NCBI GenBank assembly: GCA_013239625.1
Contig: MU053652.1
Coordinates: forward strand, 7,835,027-7,899,026
Source: Lama guanicoe
Lineage: Eukaryota
Direction: 5' to 3'
DNA length: 64,000 nt
A model generated the notes under the pieces. The model was not told the DNA's origin. It saw only the letters and a program-made list of their open reading frames with translations, and did not search any database. A program made the position numbers and the translations under genes. Shown here piece by piece: positions 52,846-64,000 of this stretch. How positions within the stretch are numbered: the stretch's first letter is position 1; each line of letters begins with the position of its first letter.

Positions 52846-55800
52846 GTTTTTAGTAGGTTTAACAAAATTTCTTCAAGTGTCAGACATGAAAATGAGAAAT
52901 AATATAAATAAGTGCCTAAATTGATCACATCTTCATGAGCCAACAAGGGATAGGAAATGGGTGGTGAGTAAAGGAAGATGAGTGAAGCTTATTCTTCAAG
53001 AAACTTATAATCCAGAGGATGAAACAGACATAGAAAATAACGTTGCATAATAAATTATATTTCAAAATAACACTGAGATTTAAAATGGATGACTATTACA
53101 CTAGAAAAAATTTTTAAAATGCAGAGAAACAGAGCGACTGCATTCTTAATTAAATCATACCAGATGATAGACTTATTTGATTTTTTAGTACCAAAAGAAA
53201 AGAAATCTCTATTTTTACTTTTAATGAATTCATGTACCCAAAAAATGTATTCAGAAAAAAAAATTGTCTTGGAATTGAAGTCAAAGAAAGAACTAATTTA
53301 AATGCAAGACGTTCATTGTAGAAAAATATGTCTGATAAAAAGAACAAAAAGAACAAAAAACATGGAGCCAAAATGAATATATAAAAAATGTTTAACAAAA
53401 ATGTTAACAAAGAGATTCATAATTGCCTTTCAAAGTACTATATGTTCTAAAAGATCTGGAAAAATGAGCTTGCTGATAAAAAAAAAAGTAGGGAATTGAA
53501 AATATTAGCTAAAAAGGAGCAATGAAAATAAGTAGGTTTTTTGGTACTGCTTTTTAACAAGAAAATTAAAGGAAATGTGCAATTAAGAAATAACAACGTC
53601 TTTACCTAAAACTGTGAGCGGAAGGAAGAGAGAAGAATTCACTGAATGTGAATCAAAGGGAAGTGGCATCAATGAACAATTCTGAGTTGTAGTGAGCCTA
53701 CTGATATACTTAGAGCTAACTGATAAATGCGGATGCCTCACCTGAGTTATTGCAGTGGCCTCTTACAAGTCTCCCAGCTTATGCTCTTGCTTCCTCCAGT
53801 CTAGTCACAACATGGCAACCATAGATAGTGTCCTCTGAAAACTTTAAATCAGATCACATCCCTCCTGTGCTCAAAGTTCTTAAATGATGCCCTATGTTCC
53901 CCAGGGTACATTATCCTGGAAGGCCCCACGTGATCTGGTCACAGTTACCTCTCGTACTTCCTCTCCTGACTTTCCCCTGGATCACGCTCTAGCCATGCAA
54001 GTACCCTTGATGTTCCTACAACAGACCAGACATGTGCCTCCCACAGAGCCTTTGCCCCAGCTCAGCAGTTCTCAGAGGATGCCCCAGGGATCTCTGTAAG
54101 TCCGCAGGACCTTCTCATAGGATCTGAAAGTTCAAGTATAAAACAAAAACTCAACAAATTTGGCAAGTGTAAAGGAGACCTGAGATGGAAACACTGAGAA
54201 TCACTGATCTAGCTAATCCACTCCAGCCTGGAGAGTTCTGCCTTCAGGTAACTGCTCAGCTCAGTCCCACACCTCCTTCAGGAGTGCCCTGACCAGCTCC
54301 TCTAAATCCCAGACTTCTGAGTCTCCCTTATATTTTCTCTTTTCCATGGCATGTATTGTCTTAAAACATACCATATAATTTACTTAAATATTGTATTTAT
54401 TTTCTACCTCTAGGACTCTAGAATGCAAGCTTCGAAAGGTGAACATCATGATCTGTTTTGTTCACCGATCTGTTCTGAGAGCATAAAAGAGTGCCTGATA
54501 CTTAGTGGGTGTTTGTTGAATGAATAAATGAATGATGAAGAGTTGATAAAAATACATTTCCAAGACATGCTGAAGTAATAGCTTTAGAAAATAAAGCAAA
54601 TGTTACATACAGTCTTCAAAATTTAGTAATTAGGGAAAATGCTTAAGTGTCTATAAATATCTAAAGAAAAAATAATAATAAAAAGCAACATAAGGACTAC
54701 AACTTTATCTGGAGAACCCATGGCAGAAAGAAAGAAGTATTTGAAAGGCCTTGTATCAGTAATTATATGCTCTGGTCTGGGAATGACACACACCACGTCC
54801 ATCACAACTCGTTACTCATTAGCTAGAACTAGTCACATGGCCCCACCTGACCAAAAAAGGGGATTAGAATGTACCCTCCTACCATTTACCTGAAGGCAGG
54901 AAGCTGGAAATATTTGATGACTAGCTCTACTACATGATGAACTGTGTTTCAAATTTGGTAAAGCAACTTCATACTCAAGATTAATAAAATTTCCTGTGAC
55001 ATTAGTTCAGAATATACAATGATTGCAAAAAGCAAATAATGCTAATTTCACTATAAATCATCAGTAGTTGTTTATTGACCTCTATAGCAGAAAGTAGGTT
55101 AAGATATGCTATTTTAGAAAAGAGAAAAGTGACGCTTACAAAGGTTATGTAACACAAATCACAAAATGACATTATTGGGATATCAACCAATTCTATCTAC
55201 AAAGCTCACGCTAAAATGCATTCTATTGAAATTTTCATAGTTAATCCTTACAAAGAAAATGAGTCAAGGATTCCAACACAATATGTAATAGAGGTGAATA
55301 TAGATAGACTTAAAATCTATACTAACAAGAGCCCCAAAGGCAAATAATCTGAAACAGAATCAAGTAATATGTTGTTCAGGAATGATGCAACAGGGCGGAG
55401 TATCTTTGCAGAGAGAAAGCTGGCATTATTCTGGGCATGCATCCAAGGGTTACAACCAACCCCCAAACCTGAGTAGCTTAACACAATGAGTTTATTTCTT
55501 GTTCACATGACATCTCCCATACGAGCTGGCAGACTTTCTGCTCCACACGATCTTTCAGAGATTCAGGCCACAATCATTTATAGCCTCACCAGCCTTAGCA
55601 TGCAGCTTCCTTAGGTGTTCTGTTAGAGGAGGAGAGAAACCAGCCACCTGCAAAGGCTTTTGACTGCCTCCCACTGCAAATAGTACACTTACATCCACTA
55701 ATATCTCACTGGCCAGAACTAGTCCTTATTCTTCAGTCCAAGGAAGCAATTCACAATCAGCCATTAGAGAAACAGAAAACAGCAGCAGAAAAAAAATTAA

Positions 55801-57459
55801 AGAATTGGAACAGAAAATATCCTACCTGCAGCGGAGTGTGAAGGAAGCTGAGGACAATATCCCTGCGAGGCTGACTGCGTTGTAGGGCACAGTAGGAAGC
55901 CTCGAGGGGACGCTCTTCCTCCCATCCTCTCCTGTTCCTGGCGGGGACAGAGGTGCCTATATCGGGAAACTGCCTCTGCTCGGCCGGATGGACGTTTTAT
56001 CTGGATGGTCTGGTAACCTGTGTTTTCTGCATCACTCTGGAGCTCCTTTCATGTCCCGTCTCTGTATTTATTCTGGCTCTGCCTGCCACCCCTCTTCCCT
56101 GGTGGTGAGTCATGAACTCCCAGGAGAGGGGAGATGGGGGCCAGGACAGATAGGGGAGCTCAGCTGGGCCTAGTACTCGTCATGCTAATCACAAGGTGGC
56201 CCGGAAATGCAGGAGAGCTAGTGGAGTGTTTGATCTGCCCCTGCCTCAGCCCCCTGAACGTGATTCACACATCCAGGTCCTTGCCTCTTCCTAATTTCAG
56301 CTCTTTCGTTTCCAAGGTTGCTTTTAAATTCAGGATAAATATATTATCCTTGTTTTAGAGATTGCTTTACATTTTGTGATTGAGGGAGACTATGGCAAGA
56401 TCTTTACAAAGTTTTGTTAAAGCCAAAGTTACAGTTCTAGTCATTGCAGGTAACTTTTGGGTTTATGTTTTAATGAAGCAGTGTTTGTTCAATGAGAACA
56501 CACCTTCCTCTTACACCTTTTAGGAGTAAGTCACCACTAGTAGCAGGGTGGAGCGTCTGGCGATTGCGTGGCTTCTATCAGCACAGCTTGCCCATGACCT
56601 TGGCCTTACTTCTGGTTTAAATACACAAGAGTAACTTCAGAGTTAAACATCTGAATGTGTTGCAACTGGCTTTTCAACTACAACTGGCAGGTTTCCATTT
56701 ACAAAATTCCTCATTACATTACAGAGTCTCTCTTGATTGTTATTCAAGAGTTTGCAAATTTGAATATGAACACGGGATACTTAAATCTACTGTAAAAAGT
56801 TACTTTAGAAATAAGTTGAGGTCTTTACAAAATACTAGGAAGTAGCACCATCTGGTGGGTAAGAGTGAAAGGAGAATTTGGAATTTGCTTATTAAGGAAT
56901 GTGTGGTTGAGGCCGCTTTTAAAACGCATTCTAATTGCCAGCGATATAATCAAGTTTCCAAACAAAAGCCTTTTGAGAGCGTTGGAATTGAGACCTGAGG
57001 AGTGAAATCCTCTTCTCAGGAAACAGGGATGAATTTTGTTTCTGATTGACGGCTGCTCACAGGAAACCCAGGTCAGTTCAAGTAGCCTGCGGTAATGATG
57101 AGAGGGTTATTTACAACCAGCCTGGGACTATTATTACCAAAAAACTGAGTGTCTTGCTAATGTTAGACAGTTTAAACGTGCTGGGCCAAGGCACTGAGTA
57201 TGGGCCTCCCATTCGCCTAGTAGTTATTAACAAGGAGTTACTAATAAATTACTAATAAGGAGTAGTTATGAGGAGGAAGCCCTTCCTCATACCTGTTTAC
57301 TGGCCAGTATCAGAAATTATTGGTGAGATTTTTGGACAAGAACAAGAAAAATAAAAGTTTAAGACTTTTCAGCTTTCCAGTGTCTGTACCTGATTTATTT
57401 ACCTGACATTTTCTCACAACATGAAGATTGTTTTGTTAACCTAAAACAAATACTTCTGC

Positions 57460-57750
57460 CAGATATTTCTCCAGCAAAGATAGATTTGTTTGAGATTAGT
57501 AAAGAATTGCAAGCATGGCAAGTCCTGTGTAAGTGCCCGCACACTGGAGAAGGAGCACGCTTTCAGAGGGGGAAAGGAAGTTGGGAGGGTGACAGTAAAC
57601 AAAGAGTCCATGGCTTTTTGTGGGCTGAGTCCTCGCCAGGAAAGAAGTCTTTCTTTTTCCCATTGGGCTCTGCTATCCCCTAGCTCCTCTCTCTGGTCTC
57701 CCCACCCTATTTAATTGAGGTTTCTGTTTATTCTTTTTTTTTTTTTTACA
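57460..57750. mobile_element. Probable ERV LTR fragment
   Basis: tttctccagcaaa...aaagaattgcaa...aaacaaagagtccatggctttt...ctgagtc resembles ERV1-type LTRs; family not verified. Confidence 0.4.
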
Positions 57751-58193
57751 GTCTCCTTGTGCAATTAAGTTTGGAGTTCTATTTGGCCACTTTTGAAAGG
57801 TGAACTTCATTAAACCGAGCAGCAATGTAATGAACCTATTCTGTATCCTACCCTGACACTTCCATCGCAGCTTTTTCTGTGATGTTCAGTAGCAATGAGA
57901 AAATGGTATACATGGTTTCTGATAAGGAAAGGTACAGGAACAGTAGCAAACAGATGTTGAAGCCTCATACAACATGTTACCCATCCATTTATCACTGAGC
58001 CTCATTAAGCCAGGCTCCTTGAAGGGACTGTTTTCATCTGACTTTTCCCCCTGTGCATATCAAAACCAAATGTATTTTATAGTATCCAAGTATGTAGAGC
58101 AAGAAGTTCCAATCAGCAGGCTTCTGTGGTCAAGAAAGATGGCCTAGCCTGGGAGATGAGATGAAAGCTCAGATCTTGCACCAGGTTACCTCA

Positions 58194-58455
58194 CTTTTTT
58201 TTTTTTTTGAGATCCTGTTACCCATTAGCTTTGCCCTCCCACCCGACCTGCATTTTCCATTCCTCTCACCCTATGTGACCACTAATCTACTTCCTATCTC
58301 TACAGATTTGACTATTTTGGACATTTCATATGAATGGAATCATATCATATATGGTCTTTGTGATTGGTTTCTTTCACTTAGCACAGTTTTCAAAGTTCAT
58401 CCATATTATAGTTTACATCAGCACATCATTCCTTTTTCTGGCTGAATACTATTCC

Positions 58456-58508
<53 letters not shown>

Positions 58509-58700
58509 CACATTTTGTTTATCCATTCATCTTCCAGTGGGCATTGGGATTATTCCCACCTTTTGACCATTATGAATAATACTGTTTTGAACATTAGTGT
58601 ACGTGTTTTTATGTGGACATATGTCTTCGATTCTCTTGGAATGGAATTACTAGGTCTTAGAAGTGGAATTATTAGGTTATATGTTAAGTGTGTTTAATAA
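58194..58700 (-). mobile_element. Old L1 3' fragment containing a (TG)n tract
   Basis: tggacatttcatatgaatggaatcata...ctttcacttagca...gaatactattccattgt, typical of antisense L1M. Confidence 0.75.
58459..58506. repeat. (TG)n microsatellite, about 24 units
   Basis: Read directly from the sequence. Confidence 0.95.
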
Positions 58701-59616
58701 AGACTGCCTGATTTTTCAATCCTGGCTCTATTTCTTTTCCTGTGTTTTTAGGCAAGTTATATCTCAATTACTTTATCTACAAAATGGAACCAACAGCACT
58801 TCATATGATTGTTTTAAAGATAAAGCAAATTACTGTGTAAGAGGCTCATAATATATTTATAAACATTATATAAGTGTTTCTTTAATATCAATTTCCAGAT
58901 CATCTTTCTTAAAGATTTTGTGAGAATCCTTAAGCCAGAATGACGAAAGGAATGGTCTCATGTTTGCTCAGCTCTGGACAACCCTTCCTGTGCTATCCCA
59001 GCTCTACTAAGCATTTTCTGTTTTCCCAGGATGTCTAACCCACATTGTTCTGTGTTTGAATTGTGGCTTCTTTTCTTCAGTGCCTTATAGGGATTAATAA
59101 ATAGTGCTTATTCCTTACACTGTTAAAAGACCAAAGTTCACCTCAATACGAACTTTTTAGAGGCTTTAGTTCCCTGCAATATAGTTTGCAAACAGTTGTC
59201 TTCCTTACTGCTTTACTTGTAAACTATGGGGAAGATTTTTAATTACTTGCTTGGCCCTAGACTCTTAACCTTAGTTTCTTACCCTGTGTCTCTGTCACAT
59301 GGCCCTGAAGGAGCCAGTTTCGTTCTGCTCCAGTTTTGGTAAAAAATTCCTTGCAATTTATCCTGTCAGTGGACACTTAGGTTGCTTCCATGTCTTGGTT
59401 ATTGTAAATAGTGCTGCTATGAACATTGGGGGGCATGTATCTTTTCAAATTACTGTTCCTTCCAGTTATATGCTCAGGAGTGGGATTGCTGGATCTGAAC
59501 ATCAGACTTGCCAACCCCTACAATGGCATGAGCCAATTCTTTAAAATAAATTTCTCTCTCCAACCAATATGGGTTATACATATATCATATATGTGTGTGA
59601 GTATACATACATATAT

Positions 59617-59760
59617 AGTCATCCCTCAGTATCTGTGGGGGGTTGGTTCCAGGAGCCTCCACAGGTACCAAAATCCATGGATACTCAAATCCCTTATATG
59701 AAATGATATCATACAATGAATACAGTTGGCCCTCCTTGTCCACAGATATGAAAGCTGACC
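59617..59760. mobile_element. MER2-like short DNA transposon relic
   Basis: tagtcatccctcagtatctgtggggggttggttccagga...ggatactcaaatcccttata, homologous to the 7358 element. Confidence 0.65.
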
Positions 59761-61338
59761 ATATGTGTATATATACATATATGTATATGTACACCTGCAC
59801 ACACACATTCACACACACACACACACACAAGCATCCTAATGGTACTGTTTCTCTGGAAAAGATGCTAATACAATAGTTGTTCTGAATGAAGAACTGATTT
59901 GACAAGAAAAATTTGTAAAGCAATCAAAGAAAACTCAGAAAGTACTATTTCTGTCTCAACCTGTTTTCTATTGGTCAATTTTTGAATATATATGAAGCAG
60001 CTGATATAGAATATGTTTCATGATAATACCTTCCATTCTCCCAATGAAGTATGCACACTTAATATACTCAAGTAGGAAACAAGTGAAACAAGGATGCTTG
60101 CTGTTGTTTGAGAGAGTTGATTTGCCTGTTGTGGCCTGAGTGTGTCCTTGCTCAAGGCATTCCCTGCATTCGGAATATTTTCCTCCTGGTCATCCTTTGT
60201 CCAAATGGCATGTAGCCCATTTTCTGAGGCACAGTTCAATGACTCTTCGAATCTAAAATGCCCAGTTCCTCCAGCTGAACGTTGTCGCTATCCCTTTTGA
60301 ACTCTGTTTCTCTTACAGTGTTCATCACTTTACATCCTGAATTATAGTGATTTGTGTGCTTGTGTTGTTCCCACCTCTAGAAATAACAATCTTTCGAGGG
60401 TAGTAGTTACTGATAAATCATAGATTTCCATCAGAAACTTCTGTAGCTCCTTGCTAAGATACCTTGATAAATACATGCTAAATAAATAGACCTTTGTGTG
60501 TCATTTTGGTCTCTGGAGTTTAAGCTCTTCTCTCTAATTTGTGCTACAATAAGTCCTATGAGTAATTTCTATCAGAGTGACTGTAATCATTCATATATGA
60601 TAGTGGTGAATATTTACTAGGTAGTGAAGGACTAAAAAGCAGCAGTGTGGGGTTTTAGCTATGAGCTTGCAAGTTGGTATCAGATGACATTTTAAATGAG
60701 GGAATTTTATGAACAGAAGTAGTAAAATCACACAGCCTTTGAAGTGTACTCTGGTGACCGTAAAGTTACCAAGGTATTTCCTTGTTCTCCCATGAACGTT
60801 CTTGATATTTATCAGTAGTCTGAACTCACTGCTAAATATGTAACAAAAGCAAAGGACAAGTATCTGTGTACCCATCAAATATTTCACTTTCAAATATATT
60901 TCTCTGCCCTCAATGAACAGTGTGTACTTTTCATCTGAATTCGGAACACTTTACTGACTTTGCATGATGTGAACAGACACGATGGCACAAAGAGATAGAA
61001 TGACTTCTCAGGGATAAAAAGCAGAAGTGAAATCTATTTTAGATTCCAGAATTTTAAAATTACTACTTAGCATATTCAGCAACCAGTATTCCTAGTATCT
61101 CTGAAAGAAAATTTTTGGGAATGGTATTATCGGTGAACAGAGATTTTTTTTGTTTGCGTTCTATTCAACTAGTTGTACACTTTATGCATCTAAAAGTTCT
61201 CAAAACCAGCACTACTGTAGAAGACAAGAGTAATAATACAAAAAACACTCAGGTCATTGATCCAATATTTATTCATTGATAATATCTAATAGCAGCATAT
61301 TGAGTGCTGAGGATACATCCATGAAGAAAACCTAGCAC

Positions 61339-62796
61339 CTGTCCGCCCCTCTCTCTCCCTCTTCGGAGATGGCCCGCATTATGTCTATGGAATGTGTACC
61401 TACTTTTAATCTGAGCACCCAACCCCCACAACTTGTGGCTTTTCTCTTGCCTTTCAATGTATCTCTCTGAATAAATCTACCTTCTCTCAATGGTGGCTCG
61501 CACATGAATTCTTTCCTGCACGAAGCCATGGACCCACACTTGGTAGGGCACGTCCCAAGGGCTCAGCCAAGACATGGGACTGAGCCCTCCTCATGCCCCA
61601 CGTCCGTTTTGCTGCATCATATCTCTGGTGTCCAACGTGGGGCATTTACATAAAGAAACAGGACTCAAAGGGCATAATCTCAATCTGCCGATTGGGTTAC
61701 GGCTCCCCTCTCTTTGGAGGGTGGCAGGGGGTTTCAATTAGCCCTTAAATACTGGCTGATGCTGCCTGCAGGATCTGGCAGAGACCAGCTCTCTAGCCGT
61801 GAAGGAGCCCACAGAGCCCAAGACTTTTCTCCTCTGGATCTTTTCTGTCTCTCCTCTATCACTCTATCTCTTTGGACTCAAGAAGATCCACCAAGGCAAC
61901 CACTCAGACATCCAAATTAAGACCACATGGCAAGTAATTGGCAGCCTGATTGGTCTTTCGTCGTTTCAGAGAGTTGAACTGCTGTTACAAAGGTGCTCCA
62001 TCACCAAGAAGATTCATAAGAATATTATGAAAGCACTTACAACAGTTCCACATCAAGATAACAGCTATGTGATCGGCTATGTGAAGATTCCAGGCCAAAC
62101 TGCACTTGGATGCAAAAACAAAAGGCTGTCCTGCACCTGGGGCCCCTAAATTAGGCATTCAGAGATTTTTACTCCCTGATAGGCAGGATCAAAGCCCCTA
62201 CTGAGCCTGGAAGTAGTTTCAGAAGATGGACCTTCGCCCCTCTGCCACCCCATAAGATTATGGGAGTAAAATCTCTGAGGGTGGAATGAGACAGGATGGA
62301 AGGGGGCAGGGCACAACCATTCAAGGAATGCCACAGCAATTAACATCAAAATGGTGAAAGATTCAACCCCCATTAAGCCTTGAGGCTCAAGACGGTGGGA
62401 GATGTGACTTCTAGCAGAGCTTGAGCTTCATTATACGCTCATTGTAATATATTATCATGGTGAATAACACACCCACGGGCACCATGGCAGTCCCAAGGCT
62501 AGCCACAAAAGGTCAAAGGGTGGCAAATGGCCAACCTCCTGGGAATCCCAGCCCCTTCCCCTTAGACTCGTCCTTCTACTTATTAGCATATGAAGCCACC
62601 AAGCCCGTAAAAGCCAGCAACACAGCGCCTCGGGGCCACCCCTCTCTCTCCCTCTTCGAGATGGCCCGCATTCTGTCTATGGAGTGTGTACCTACTTTTA
62701 AACTGGGCACCCAACCCCCCCCCCTTGTGGCCTTTCTCTTGCCTTTCAATGTATCTCTCTGAATAAATCTACCTTCACTCAAAAAAAAAAAAAAAA
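61339..62796 (+). mobile_element. Processed (L1-retrotransposed) ERV transcript: R-U5-PBS-short internal-U3-R-polyA
   Basis: Direct R repeats at ~61346-61490 and ~62639-62782. U5 ends ...GCATCA at 61619. PBS 61626-61643. A18 at 62781-62798. 15-bp TSD AAGAAAACCTAGCAC at 61324-61338 and 62797-62811. Confidence 0.9.
61626..61643 (+). promoter_or_regulatory. Retroviral primer-binding site, tRNA-Lys(CUU)-like
   Basis: TGGTGTCCAACGTGGGGC versus the Lys1,2 PBS TGGCGCCCAACGTGGGGC (2 C>T changes); 6 nt after the LTR-terminal CA. Confidence 0.8.
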
Positions 62797-64000
62797 AAGA
62801 AAACCTAGCACATAACCTCAAGAAGACCACTGAGTACTGGGAGAGTGGGGGTGGACACAGATACCAAACCGACTGGTAAATTTCGATTGTTGTTTAATGT
62901 TATTTTTCATTTTCCTGCTGTCAACTTACTGTGGCAGAATAAATGATCTCCTTTTCTATCTTGCATCTGAAAAGATGAGCTCTGTCCTCCCTTTCTATTG
63001 CAATCCGCCTTTCCCTGCTCAATAAATACAAACAGAGCTCTTCAGAAAGAAAGTTAAACTGTTCTGGATTCAGGCCCATTGAGGAAGATTATCACAGAAG
63101 GAGAATGGACAGAGGTTATTGACTGGAATTGAAGAAGAAGGTGATTGACACCTAGAGGAGATTTCCAAAGGTAGGTAGGGACTTGGGTTCTTATTCCCAC
63201 TTGAAATCTCAGTAAGTGGCAGGACCTCTGATAAGAAATGTATGTACACTGCTGGTGGCTCAATCTCTATTGCCACGGTCTTTTGAGCCTTGAAGAAGGC
63301 TCTGGGGCTGAGATGGCCTTGGAGGAAGGGTACTACACAAGCAACAGAGTAGCCTACCTTAAAATAGGTCGCACGGGCTTGAGCAATGAGCATGGCAACT
63401 AGGCAGCTAGAATGAACTCAGATCAAGAATCCTTTCTTCCATGATGATATAGGATGAACTCTGTAATAACCCCAGGAGTCATGAATAACCTCAAGGAGGA
63501 GCTTTCGAGTAAGTAACATTAAATATGTTGACAAGCGTGTTCAGTAAGTTTTTTTTGATTTTTCGAAATAAGGTAGTGTGATTTTTGTTTCACCCAAGTC
63601 TCATGGGGCAACTTCATATTCCTTACAGTCAGATAGATAGATAAGTACTAAAATGCGGAATGTACTGGGTGTTAGAAATGCTCATAAGAGAAAGCAACTA
63701 CCAGATTTCCTAGATTTTAAAACTTGTCTGGTCACTTTGGTATTTCTCTATTGGAATATGTCTTAAAACTGATGCATACCTTTACTATTTTCTTTGTTTT
63801 GCTTTAATTTTCCAAAAAAAAAGCTGTTATTTTATTTTATTTTAATAATGAGAAGGGATAATTTTCTTTTATATAAAAATATAAATATAAAAGGCTGACA
63901 TTTTTAGAGTCAAGGAAATATCATCATTTCCTGTAGGGAACTAAAGGAGACAGGAAGGTATCATAGAGGAACTAATTTTTTTAATAGATTCAAAAGATGA

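Noticed and set aside
61799..62149. 116-aa ORF in the ERV internal region as an env/gag product
   Set aside because: GTG start and no retroviral motif that I can recognise.
32..63393. Remaining 60-120 aa ORF-track entries
   Set aside because: They overlap repeats or have random composition, mostly with non-ATG starts and no splice or homology support.

Overview
AT-rich, repeat-dense mammalian genomic DNA. The tRNA-derived SINEs resemble camelid Vic-1-type SINEs, so the source may be alpaca or camel (inference). The window holds two tandem minus-strand hyaluronidase (GH56) paralogues in the known HYAL6/HYALP1-HYAL4 order. HYAL4 is intact: three coding exons (20589-19636, 13809-13720, 12118-11720; 480 aa) plus a probable 34-nt 5'UTR exon. 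HYAL6 has three coding exons (41569-40649, 37435-37346, 36580-36284) with intact splice sites and catalytic D-W-E. Its one visible lesion is an in-frame TGA at the last EGF-domain Cys, in a UGA-CGG context, followed by 49 more open codons with a hydrophobic tail. Both genes have a short out-of-frame uORF overlapping the start codon. Three L1-type retroinsertions with target-site duplications (TSDs) are present: a full-length RPL29 retrocopy antisense within the predicted HYAL4 5' intron, a ~100-bp orphan mRNA 3' end nested in an L1, and a processed ERV transcript (R-U5-PBS-internal-U3-R-polyA). The rest is L1, L2, MaLR/ERV LTR, Tigger/hAT fragments and microsatellites. Most ORF-track entries are spurious. 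Repeat family names come from recalled consensus similarity, not from a database search, and repeat boundaries without TSDs are approximate.
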